This document shows positions 56,187-64,000 of a DNA stretch of 64,000 bases, piece after piece. The stretch lies in IMG/VR virus record IMGVR_UViG_3300006131_000009. The stretch is one strand, 5' to 3'. The notes under the pieces are model-generated. The model had not been told where the DNA came from. It made no database searches and worked only from the letters and a program-made list of their open reading frames with translations. The translations under genes and the position numbers were made by a program. Source of the stretch: an uncultured virus (IMG/VR IMGVR_UViG_3300006131_000009) (lineage: Duplodnaviria; Heunggongvirae; Uroviricota; Caudoviricetes). Numbering within the stretch: position 1 is the first letter of the stretch; each line of letters opens with the position of its first letter.

Positions 56187-56515
56187 TCGCCGTGTCTTTC
56201 CGGCCGATTTTGGCGGATATAGTAAGACCTCGCCCGTTCAATGGCGCTGTTGGCCATCGCCATGTCGTTTGCATACAGGGTCGTCTCCTGGTTGGCATTG
56301 TCGATCATAGCCGCCAAATACAGCTCATATGCGTCGTCGTAGGGGTACGGCAGCAGCAGCTCTTTATCCTCTGGAAAGCAGTTTTCCGGTGCCGTAGTGC
56401 CCATCATTTCAGCAAACTCTCCTTCCAGGGTAAAGAGCCATTGCGCCTTTTGTCCCTGGGGTATGTCGTTAGGCCGCAGCTCGTCGGCCTGCCCAATCGC
56501 CTGTAGTAGCTTCAT
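56171..56515 (-). CDS. head-tail adaptor-like protein
   Basis: ADELRPN...ELLLPYPYDDAYELYLAAMID. Confidence 0.75.
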   Translation of the reverse strand: MKLLQAIGQADELRPNDIPQGQKAQWLFTLEGEFAEMMGTTAPENCFPEDKELLLPYPYDDAYELYLAAMIDNANQETTLYANDMAMANSAIERARSYYIRQNRPERHGDWRLP

Positions 56516-56746
56516 AGTCCTCACAAACTCCATTCCCCTTCGCCCACCTGTCAGTGAGCATCCGGTCCATTCCGTGCTTGTCCATCTCCGCGCCAAGAGC
56601 CGCCGCTTCGCGTCGGTTGGCCTCCGAATCGCCCGCCTGCGGACAGGTGTCCTCTCCCCACAAGGCTACCCTCCTTGCGGGGTCCCCTTTTGCGCCTGCG
56701 GGTGGGTGTTTCCCCAACGAGCCATTCGGCTCGCCGGGGTCCTTTT
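56516..56746. repeat. palindromic element between amidase and adaptor genes
   Basis: Core and hairpin modules matching 29100-29200 and 36490-36648. Confidence 0.85.
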
Positions 56747-56796
56747 TATATCTCTCACTCTTCTGCTCTTTCGACGGCGAAAGCCCCGGCCTGCCT

Positions 56797-57489
56797 TTAG
56801 ACCTGGTCCATCGCCCTGTGGAGCACGGCCGCCATTTCTTCCCTCGTCACAAAAGATTTATAGCGTTTGTTCCCGTTGGCATCGCCCTGGATAATCCCAT
56901 TGGCCTCCGCCCAGTCTCGGTCCTCTTTCGACCATGCAGACGGTGCCAGCTTTGCCTTCTGTGCCAGCCATGTATCCATCATGGCATTAAACTTTTCTTG
57001 CGTCATATCGTCCTCTAACTCCTCCTTGAACGCTTTCCAGGCCCTTTCGTTCTCTACAAAGGGTGCTGGGCAGTTCTTCCCTGTCACATCATAATGGCGA
57101 ACGATGTTCTCTACCGGGACTCTGTACTGCTCCATCAGCTTCTTTACAAGCCGGACAGCATTTTCTACTGTTTCAGGCAGGAAATAATACTTGCCGTTGT
57201 CGTCTTTCCGGCTGCATAGCTCAATACCAAGGGAATTGCCGTTGCGGCAAGATGGATGCTTGTAGTTTGTAGCGCCGCAGTGCCAGGCTGTGTCTCCATC
57301 AGGTACCGACTGCTCCCAGCCTCTTTCATCTACAAAATAGTGGGCTGAAGCTGACAGGTTTGCATTGTTATGAAAATAGCTGCAGTTGCCTTTGGCCGTA
57401 TCCCCATTGTTGGCTGTGTAATGAATCACAATATAGGAAATCGCTGCAGATCTGCCTTTCTGATAATTGCTCTTATGGCATAGAATCAT
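56797..57489 (-). CDS. N-acetylmuramoyl-L-alanine amidase (endolysin), copy 2
   Basis: Nearly identical to 21349-22035 except the C-terminus. Confidence 0.95.
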   Translation of the reverse strand: MILCHKSNYQKGRSAAISYIVIHYTANNGDTAKGNCSYFHNNANLSASAHYFVDERGWEQSVPDGDTAWHCGATNYKHPSCRNGNSLGIELCSRKDDNGKYYFLPETVENAVRLVKKLMEQYRVPVENIVRHYDVTGKNCPAPFVENERAWKAFKEELEDDMTQEKFNAMMDTWLAQKAKLAPSAWSKEDRDWAEANGIIQGDANGNKRYKSFVTREEMAAVLHRAMDQV

Positions 57490-57740
57490 TATTTTCTCTC
57501 GCCCTCTCTGCTGGCCTGTGTACCAAAATAAAAGGAAATGATGACGGTAAATACGGTCAGAAATTCCTGGCCGGAAACTCCCTCTGTAAGCGTCAGAACG
57601 GCAAATACAACCGTTAGGACCAATGTCACAAGGCTTTTCACCGTCAATAACTTTGATAGTCTCTCTTTCATTTGTATGTACTCCTTATTGTCCTTGCAAG
57701 TCCGCTTCATTTCCGCCTCCGCGATATGTTTAGCCAGCAA
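57489..57740 (-). CDS. holin-like protein, copy 2
   Basis: Identical to 22035-22286. Confidence 0.8.
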   Translation of the reverse strand: MLAKHIAEAEMKRTCKDNKEYIQMKERLSKLLTVKSLVTLVLTVVFAVLTLTEGVSGQEFLTVFTVIISFYFGTQASREGERK

Positions 57741-57942
57741 AATATGCCTCGTAGTTTTCGCCGCCCAGGTCTGCTAAAAAGGTCTTAAACTCCATGGCCT
57801 CTTTGCCCCAGTCTTCAAAGCCCTGATCCTGGGCCAAGATGGAGACGGCCGTGTCAATGTCTACATTTCTTTCCTTGCTAATCTTCGCCAGCTCTTTTCT
57901 CATAGTATGGAATCGGTTATTCTTTAGTTCTTTCATGTTCAT
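57730..57942 (-). CDS. hypothetical protein, copy 2
   Basis: Identical to 22276-22488. Confidence 0.7.
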   Translation of the reverse strand: MNMKELKNNRFHTMRKELAKISKERNVDIDTAVSILAQDQGFEDWGKEAMEFKTFLADLGGENYEAYFAG

Positions 57943-57952
57943 TCTCCTTTTT

Positions 57953-58279
57953 TCATCTGATTGGTAATTTATTGACGTCTTCCATTAACGTATCCAGATC
58001 GCCGTTACCGCCCAGGCCATGATAGCACTCATGCATGATATGTAGGCGTCGCCGGTCATCTACGTCGATGGATTGGTCCTCTATGTAACTTTTGCACAGA
58101 TACTGGATACGATCTAGCATCATCGCCATCATGCCGGCTTCCAGCTTGTCCATGCGGGTAATGCCTTGGTCGTCCAGTGCTGCCTTGCGCTGCCGTTTCC
58201 AGAGTAGGGCATTTCCCACCTGGTTTACAAAGGCTGCTAAAGCACTTCCACTAAGGATTGCGATCATAATTTCCAACAT
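57953..58279 (-). CDS. holin-like protein (phage A)
   Basis: TM helix; LDRIQYL...YHGLGGNG. Confidence 0.75.
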   Translation of the reverse strand: MLEIMIAILSGSALAAFVNQVGNALLWKRQRKAALDDQGITRMDKLEAGMMAMMLDRIQYLCKSYIEDQSIDVDDRRRLHIMHECYHGLGGNGDLDTLMEDVNKLPIR

Positions 58280-58291
58280 ATTATTTTCACC

Positions 58292-58876
58292 TTATTTTCC
58301 AATTGCCATAACATAATAAGTAATACCAGAAGTATTAAATTGGTAATCAGATTTACTTGTATTATACCAATACAAAGTATTTCCAACTCTTTTCATATAA
58401 CAAGATTGTACACTGCCATTACTGTTACTACTTGCATCAAACTCATAATTTTTAGAATAAGTTTCGGTTAAAAGTGTAAATAATGTTCGCGTATTTCTGT
58501 AACCATTAGGTCCATTAGGGAACATTTTACAACTAGTATTATCTGTATTATGATATGCTATAAGAGATACTAGGTATGGAGTGAAACTAAATGTAAGACT
58601 ATTAGGATTAGATGAACCATATTGCCCATTTCCCAAATACGATAATATTTCCATTTTTACAGATGCTTGTTGTATCGTAGAAAATGCATCACTGACTGTC
58701 GCATTGCTACTTAGGCCTAGCAAAGCTGCTGTATCATCTGAAAGAAGCGTCGCTTTGTTCAGCGGCGTTCCCTCTTCAATCGGCTCATCTGCTCGAATTA
58801 GATCGTATGTATTTTCTTGTCCTTCTACCGGTGTCAATGTTACTCTTTTGGGATATCTCGATATTCTATCTTTTAT
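58292..58876 (-). CDS. tail fibre-like protein (RBS-aligned start is ATA)
   Basis: KDRISRYPKRVTLTPV...EEGTPLNKATLL; AT-rich C-terminus. Confidence 0.65.
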   Translation of the reverse strand: MKDRISRYPKRVTLTPVEGQENTYDLIRADEPIEEGTPLNKATLLSDDTAALLGLSSNATVSDAFSTIQQASVKMEILSYLGNGQYGSSNPNSLTFSFTPYLVSLIAYHNTDNTSCKMFPNGPNGYRNTRTLFTLLTETYSKNYEFDASSNSNGSVQSCYMKRVGNTLYWYNTSKSDYQFNTSGITYYVMAIGK

Positions 58877-58879
58877 GTC

Positions 58880-59419
58880 TTAAACCTCCCCACTGAAAAG
58901 CTCCCCACTGTAATAATAGCCTCGCTGCATAAGTTGAAAATTCTTATACGCTTCCAGTAAATACTGCTCAATTTTATTCGCTGTCTCAAACCCAAGTCTG
59001 ATAAGTGCACCAGGATGAAAACTACCTGTTGTTCCAGACATTGCCCTATTTATAGACATAGAATCAGACCGTATTTGTATCAGTTGCGGCAGATAAGGGA
59101 AATCTTCCATCTTCCAATCTGTTTTTGGTGTGACATTAACCGTGTACCCTGCCTCATGCAGCAGCTCGGCCAAATATTGCTCTGCTTGTCCAACTCTGTT
59201 CATATCGCTGGCATTATAAGCACCTTTGACTACGCCATTCCATTCTTTCTTCTGCTCTGGCGTCAAATCGTCGTACCGCTTTTTATTCAGCGTTGAAATC
59301 ATCCTGACATCTTCTTCTGTTCTATCAACAATAACAGGGAAATCATTCGCCATCATATCACTGTGGGTGATAGTACCTAACCAATCATTTGGATATATCT
59401 CAATGTCTTTGAAGCGCAT
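58880..59419 (-). CDS. tail-associated protein
   Basis: KGAYNASDMNRV...ANKIEQYL..YYSGELFSGE. Confidence 0.7.
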   Translation of the reverse strand: MRFKDIEIYPNDWLGTITHSDMMANDFPVIVDRTEEDVRMISTLNKKRYDDLTPEQKKEWNGVVKGAYNASDMNRVGQAEQYLAELLHEAGYTVNVTPKTDWKMEDFPYLPQLIQIRSDSMSINRAMSGTTGSFHPGALIRLGFETANKIEQYLLEAYKNFQLMQRGYYYSGELFSGEV

Positions 59420-59478
59420 TGGTAATCGCCTCCAAGTGTTGTGCAATCAGTAGAAAATTTTGATTGCATATTGCAACA

Positions 59479-60750
59479 CTAAATTTCTCCATCGTTTGTA
59501 GTTTCAGCATTGGTATACTCCTCCCCAGAAAGTATGTAATACAATGTTGCAAAATCAAAAGTTGGATAGGAAAAATTGGGCTTCCCAAGTTCTTGCCAAC
59601 GAGAATATGATGCATTTCTCACAGCATTACTTGATGTAGAAGGCGGGATTCCAAGTTGTCGAATTATTATAGCAGTAAATGCAGAAGTCCAAGAATTTGT
59701 AGAATCAAATCTACAAAAATCGTTGTAAATTGATGCCGCTGTACCATATTGAGAAAATGTCCCATTATCATAGACGTTTACCAATGCTGTAGTTTGAGCG
59801 GTCGCGCTATTCCTGATTTGCTTGCTTGTAAAAGTTGCAGAAAATGGGCCACAAAACCCTCTGCTACTTGATGATTGATAAGATGGATAAGCAGAAAAAG
59901 GTGACTGAAAACTATCACGAAGATAGATTTGAACTCTATGCACCCCAGCAGCAACGGTTGATACGTTCTCTTCTGGCGTTTTCCCCGTGGCTGGTACAGC
60001 TGGATAGCAAGAGACTGTAACCTTAATTTGTTCTACGTCAGAACCACGTAGTTTTATCAAATCAGTATTCATAATGGTATTCGCGTACTTATCACCAGTG
60101 GCGTTAATTCCATATGCAAAAAACTCTTCTGCAACCATAACTCCCATTACCATTCGGGGGACATTCTCCCTCCGAATAGTCGCATAGACTGTAAAATATG
60201 AACTTGAAGAATACGTTCGTTCAAATCGGTCAACTGTTATGGAATACTCGCGTTCTGAAAGCGTTGGCCCCAAAACAATATTATCATTTGTGGTATATGC
60301 TGCTCGAACGACACAGCTCTCTGTCATACTGCCAAAATCTGCAATATCATCCGCATTTATCGTCAACTCCCTGATATCATTGACTAAATCCGCATATTTC
60401 CCATACGACGTCGGTATGCTATTATCATCTTTCACCCATGCCAAAAAGTCATAGCCGGCATGACTGGTCAGCTTTGCCTGAATGGGTTCACTGCCAACAA
60501 ACGCATCGATTGCCTTTTGCGCATTAGCTGCTTGAGTCTCTGGATCAGATGCCTTTACAAATGCAAAATTGCCCAATAATTCCCCATCCCAGTCATAGGC
60601 TGTGATGGAAATGATGCCATCTTGTGTTGAGTCCCAAACTGTATTCTGCATCAACTCTGCGTGGTTGACTGCATCTTCAACTGCCTTGAAGTTCCGGTTA
60701 AAAACCTCTATATCATATCGGTCTTCTGGATTCAAATACTCGATTGCCAT
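59479..60750 (-). CDS. hypothetical tail or receptor-binding protein
   Basis: 423-aa ORF in the tail module; FNRNFKAVE N-terminus. Confidence 0.6.
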   Translation of the reverse strand: MAIEYLNPEDRYDIEVFNRNFKAVEDAVNHAELMQNTVWDSTQDGIISITAYDWDGELLGNFAFVKASDPETQAANAQKAIDAFVGSEPIQAKLTSHAGYDFLAWVKDDNSIPTSYGKYADLVNDIRELTINADDIADFGSMTESCVVRAAYTTNDNIVLGPTLSEREYSITVDRFERTYSSSSYFTVYATIRRENVPRMVMGVMVAEEFFAYGINATGDKYANTIMNTDLIKLRGSDVEQIKVTVSCYPAVPATGKTPEENVSTVAAGVHRVQIYLRDSFQSPFSAYPSYQSSSSRGFCGPFSATFTSKQIRNSATAQTTALVNVYDNGTFSQYGTAASIYNDFCRFDSTNSWTSAFTAIIIRQLGIPPSTSSNAVRNASYSRWQELGKPNFSYPTFDFATLYYILSGEEYTNAETTNDGEI

Positions 60751-60760
60751 ATAAATCCCC

Positions 60761-62260
60761 CTAAAGCGTTGCTCCGATGGCCTTTGTAGTCTCTGTCAAG
60801 CCACCGTTAAACTCCATCGTATATTCATATACTACGGCATTACCCGGCTCGTCATAGGCATTGTAAATCGTAATCGTATCACCGATCTCGACTGCAGGAT
60901 TTCCACGATTAATACAATCGTACTGCAATCGATATTGTTTTACCGCCAAAAGCCAGTCTGCAACAGCTTGTCCATTGTATGCGCATGGATTTTGTATTGA
61001 AAATGTATTTTTCCCGGTACCGGATATAAATGTTTGGTCGCTCTTGGAAAATTCATTCCTCACTGTCAGCTCCACACGGTCGATTTTTTCTGACGTGCCG
61101 ATTCCATCCATAGCTTCCATATTGTCTTCTGTCAGCGTATCAACAGGAATATCTGTCATGGAAAGCTCTCGAAAAGTAAATTTCCCATTTCTATCAAACC
61201 AGCAAGAGCAGCAGGCTGCCTGTGCTAAAAGTCGCAATGCCTCACGTTTTGAAGTTTCGACCGGAATGCAGCGATTGACAATTTTAGAGGCAAGTGATGC
61301 CGGTAGATCTATCTCATATTGTGAATCTAAAACAGCAGCAAGTGCTTCTTGAAGCGTCCACTGCCCTGTAGTGCCACCGTCATAAGTTTCGTTATCAAGC
61401 CAATAAACCGGGTCATGGGCAGTGATTTCCGCCGTCAATGCGCCGTCTCTGGCTTCCGCCTTTGTGAAATAGTGTGTCCCCATGTCGACTTCTTCGCCGC
61501 CGATCAACACTTTGGGACGAATCTCCTGGCCATCTTGCAGATATTTATAAATCCCTTTCGGATTTACAAAGTTATACTTTTTATCCTGGTTTTCAATTAC
61601 AAAGACAAGCTCCCGCGCCGGTAGACTTTCTCCATCTATCGCACACCCAGCTTTGAATGTCGCCGTCACCAGATTGTCGGCACTATACTGCTGCACGATA
61701 CCAAACAGAAGCTCGTAGAGTTTGATCCTTCTGTAAGGCTTGTCTGTTTTCAGAAACTCAAAGACGACCTTGTCATAATTTTCAACCGGCATATCTGCCG
61801 CTAAAAAATCACCAGAGTTTGAAAATATCTTTTCTGCCAGCAGCGTCTCTCCTTGATAGGCCGTTATCTTGATCAGTGTCGGCCAGCATTCTGCCAAATC
61901 ATCAAATTGCAGAGAAAATCCAATGCTGGAAGCAGGCGCTGAAAGAGTCGCGGTCAGTTTCGGTGGTTCGGAAAACATACAGTCAGGTCCCGATAAAGCC
62001 GAACTCCAATATCCGATATTTCCGTTTGTACAGCTCCAGCTCCCATCCAGGATCCACAGGTTCTTTTCAAGTGTCTGTTTTTTGACAGAAGCGTGATGCT
62101 CTTCCTGTAAAATCGTCTCCACATTGCTGATAGATTCTACCCCATTGTGTGTGAGCGAAGCATTGTCGCTTGCATCTTTATCGAGCAGCCGGAACGATAT
62201 TCTGACGTCGACTCTCCGGCTATCAGGGTATGCCTGATAAGAACTACTGGTCTGCTTCAC
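60761..62260 (-). CDS. tail hub / baseplate protein
   Basis: TLEKNLWILDGS, REALRLLAQA, RGNPAVEIGD. Confidence 0.75.
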   Translation of the reverse strand: MKQTSSSYQAYPDSRRVDVRISFRLLDKDASDNASLTHNGVESISNVETILQEEHHASVKKQTLEKNLWILDGSWSCTNGNIGYWSSALSGPDCMFSEPPKLTATLSAPASSIGFSLQFDDLAECWPTLIKITAYQGETLLAEKIFSNSGDFLAADMPVENYDKVVFEFLKTDKPYRRIKLYELLFGIVQQYSADNLVTATFKAGCAIDGESLPARELVFVIENQDKKYNFVNPKGIYKYLQDGQEIRPKVLIGGEEVDMGTHYFTKAEARDGALTAEITAHDPVYWLDNETYDGGTTGQWTLQEALAAVLDSQYEIDLPASLASKIVNRCIPVETSKREALRLLAQAACCSCWFDRNGKFTFRELSMTDIPVDTLTEDNMEAMDGIGTSEKIDRVELTVRNEFSKSDQTFISGTGKNTFSIQNPCAYNGQAVADWLLAVKQYRLQYDCINRGNPAVEIGDTITIYNAYDEPGNAVVYEYTMEFNGGLTETTKAIGATL

Positions 62261-62628
62261 TCCGCCACCTGCCCTTCCATGGAAAGTGTGACATTATGCC
62301 AAACCGGGACACCACCAATGAAAGAAAATAGGCCCAAAGTGGGATATGTAACGGAAAATATGCCGTTTTCATCTCCGGTCGGTGCCGGATAAAGCACCGT
62401 AAAAAAGCTGCCGCTGCGAAGCAGTGTCAGTAAATTGGTGATCGTATCGGCAGGGACAAAGTCCCAACTGGCTAAAATGGTTGGCCGGTAGCCCGTGACA
62501 TCTTTGACGATTTTTCCGGATGCCATTTGCTTGGAAATTGCCACTTCTACAGCGCCGACTTCGACCGCTTTCACTTTTGGCATTTCTACAGTTATAGTGC
62601 CGTTTGTTATAGCAATCGTTTGCCTCAT
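62257..62628 (-). CDS. distal tail-like protein
   Basis: MASGKIVKDVTGYR; follows tape measure gene. Confidence 0.65.
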   Translation of the reverse strand: MRQTIAITNGTITVEMPKVKAVEVGAVEVAISKQMASGKIVKDVTGYRPTILASWDFVPADTITNLLTLLRSGSFFTVLYPAPTGDENGIFSVTYPTLGLFSFIGGVPVWHNVTLSMEGQVAE

Positions 62629-64000
62629 TTAATCACCTCTCTGTTTTTTCAAATCTTTTATCGGATCATAAACCACTGATGCAAGTTCTTTCCCATTTTC
62701 TAATACAAGTTTGATTTGTATCGGCGCTTTGGAAGGCTGTCCAGTCTGTGACATAACGCCTGCAATACCGTTGACCATAGCACTCACAGCTTCCTGCCCC
62801 TGGTTTCTGCCGGAGGCAACAGAAAAATCCGACGGAATGGATCGCGTAAGATATGCTTTTGCCTCTTCTGCCGTCAAAACTCGTTCTCCCTGGTGCAGCT
62901 CTGCCATATAGCCATCATACGGAACAAACGGAAGGCCGCCGGCATGGGAACCGTCGACCGTAGGTTCTTCCGGATATGCAGCTGACAATAATCTGGAGAT
63001 TTCATCAGCAATAGATCTCGCTTTGGCATAAATCTCTTGTTCTTTGGAAGATAATCCATCCAACAGCCCTTGCCCTGTCTTTTCACCACTGGTAAAGGCC
63101 GTATCTTTCATTGTATCAAGCGAATTGCCTAATTTTTCATTGTACTCTTCTTCCAGAGTCTTAAGTTCATTGGCATAAAACCTAGCCGAGATTTCCTGTG
63201 CAGTTTTTTGCTTTTCTTCCCAAAGGCCATTGTACTTTTCAAAGTCTTCATCAGACATCTCCAAGAGCTTTTTGCCAAATGCCGTAGCCTCATCAACGTC
63301 CATTGAAAGAATTTCCTGGAGTATTCCGTCACTGACGCCCTTCTCTTTCAGCATATCCAGGACATCGCTGTATTCCTCGATAGCGTCTGTCTGCTCCTGC
63401 AGATCTCCTAATGTGACGCTACCGTCGTCTTCAATTTTGAACAGGTCGCCATAGTCTGACATTTTATCAGCCATGTCCTCCTGTTTATCCTTAACGGCAT
63501 TCAGTCTGTCCTCCAGTGTATCAATCAGCTCATCAGTCTGCTTCTCCCAGAGCTCATTTTCTTCATCTGACAGCTGTTTATCGTATTTGAATATTTCCTC
63601 TGTGATCTTCCGGTATTCGTCCAGATTTGAGTCATCTGTCAGATATTTATCGCGGTACTCTTGCAGCTTTTCATAATATTCTTTATCACTCAGCAGGTCC
63701 ATATTGCGCTGATGGTCCAAGTCCTTTTGGAGCTTCTTAAAGGTTTCGGCGTCCTTTTGAGCCTGGGTCGTCATTGCTTTGGAGGCACCAGCGGCGGCAG
63801 ACACTACCGGCGGATAATTGCCCAGCTGGTTTATCGTTTGCTCCAACACCGCTTTTTGCGCTCGCATTGCTGCAATCTCTTCTGTACTGGCACCTGCAAA
63901 TACCGCTTTAGCTTCTGCTGCACCTATATATGAATTAGCTGCCATAGCAGCCTCATATGCTTCTTCCCGCAAGGTCAGCTGTGCCTCTTCGCTTGCTATC
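62629..64000 (-). CDS. tape measure protein, C-terminal part (truncated by window edge)
   Basis: Helical; GSHAGGL.FVPYDGYMAELHQGERVLT motif. Confidence 0.85.
   Translation of the reverse strand, partial: IASEEAQLTLREEAYEAAMAANSYIGAAEAKAVFAGASTEEIAAMRAQKAVLEQTINQLGNYPPVVSAAAGASKAMTTQAQKDAETFKKLQKDLDHQRNMDLLSDKEYYEKLQEYRDKYLTDDSNLDEYRKITEEIFKYDKQLSDEENELWEKQTDELIDTLEDRLNAVKDKQEDMADKMSDYGDLFKIEDDGSVTLGDLQEQTDAIEEYSDVLDMLKEKGVSDGILQEILSMDVDEATAFGKKLLEMSDEDFEKYNGLWEEKQKTAQEISARFYANELKTLEEEYNEKLGNSLDTMKDTAFTSGEKTGQGLLDGLSSKEQEIYAKARSIADEISRLLSAAYPEEPTVDGSHAGGLPFVPYDGYMAELHQGERVLTAEEAKAYLTRSIPSDFSVASGRNQGQEAVSAMVNGIAGVMSQTGQPSKAPIQIKLVLENGKELASVVYDPIKDLKKQRGD

Larger units (their letters stand above)
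22499..56830. mobile_element. Phage B (podovirus-like, IS30-transposase-encoding), unique part of a ~35.5-kb unit between the lysis repeats
   Basis: Circularly permuted gene set: terminase, portal, scaffold, N4-gp56-type MCP, tail, internal proteins, replication; no tyrosine or serine integrase. Confidence 0.85.
56831..57952. repeat. lysis-cassette direct repeat, copy 2
   Basis: Matches 21377-22498. Confidence 0.95.
57953..64000. mobile_element. Phage A tail module (siphovirus-like)
   Basis: Tape measure, distal tail, tail proteins and holin. Confidence 0.8.

Noticed and set aside
29045..56746. Palindromic repeats as a CRISPR array or tRNAs
   Set aside because: Dispersed, variable in length, no repeat-spacer periodicity, no cas genes and no cloverleaf motifs.

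Overview
The window is entirely phage DNA from a probable Clostridia (Oscillospiraceae-like) host, and it reads as two temperate phage genomes joined at a shared lysis cassette. Phage A is siphovirus-like and visibly lower in GC (1-~21.4 kb and ~57.9-64 kb). It carries an HNH nuclease, a VapE/primase/ERCC4/Sak4-like replication module, stacked repressor/antirepressor modules, a NYN nuclease with a structured leader, ImmA, a large serine integrase with an apparently intact attP, a cargo island with type I TA-like peptides and P63C, and tail and tape-measure genes. Phage B is podovirus-like and higher in GC, and lies between two ~1.1-kb direct repeats of the amidase/holin cassette, 35,454 bp apart. 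It has an N4-gp56-type capsid, its own Prp protease, terminase and portal, and an IS30-family transposase apparently acting as integrase, with abutted ends forming a junction promoter. It also has a dispersed family of GC-rich palindromic repeats and a 1943-aa polyvalent protein gene. The most unusual signal is inside that gene: three antisense sigma-A promoters each precede a ~80-90-nt closed-stem RNA, two of them directly behind PBECR-like nuclease domains, and three small same-strand ORFs are overprinted in other frames. This suggests effector domains that carry their own RNA and protein neutralisers. All family assignments come from motif recognition by eye; no searches were run.
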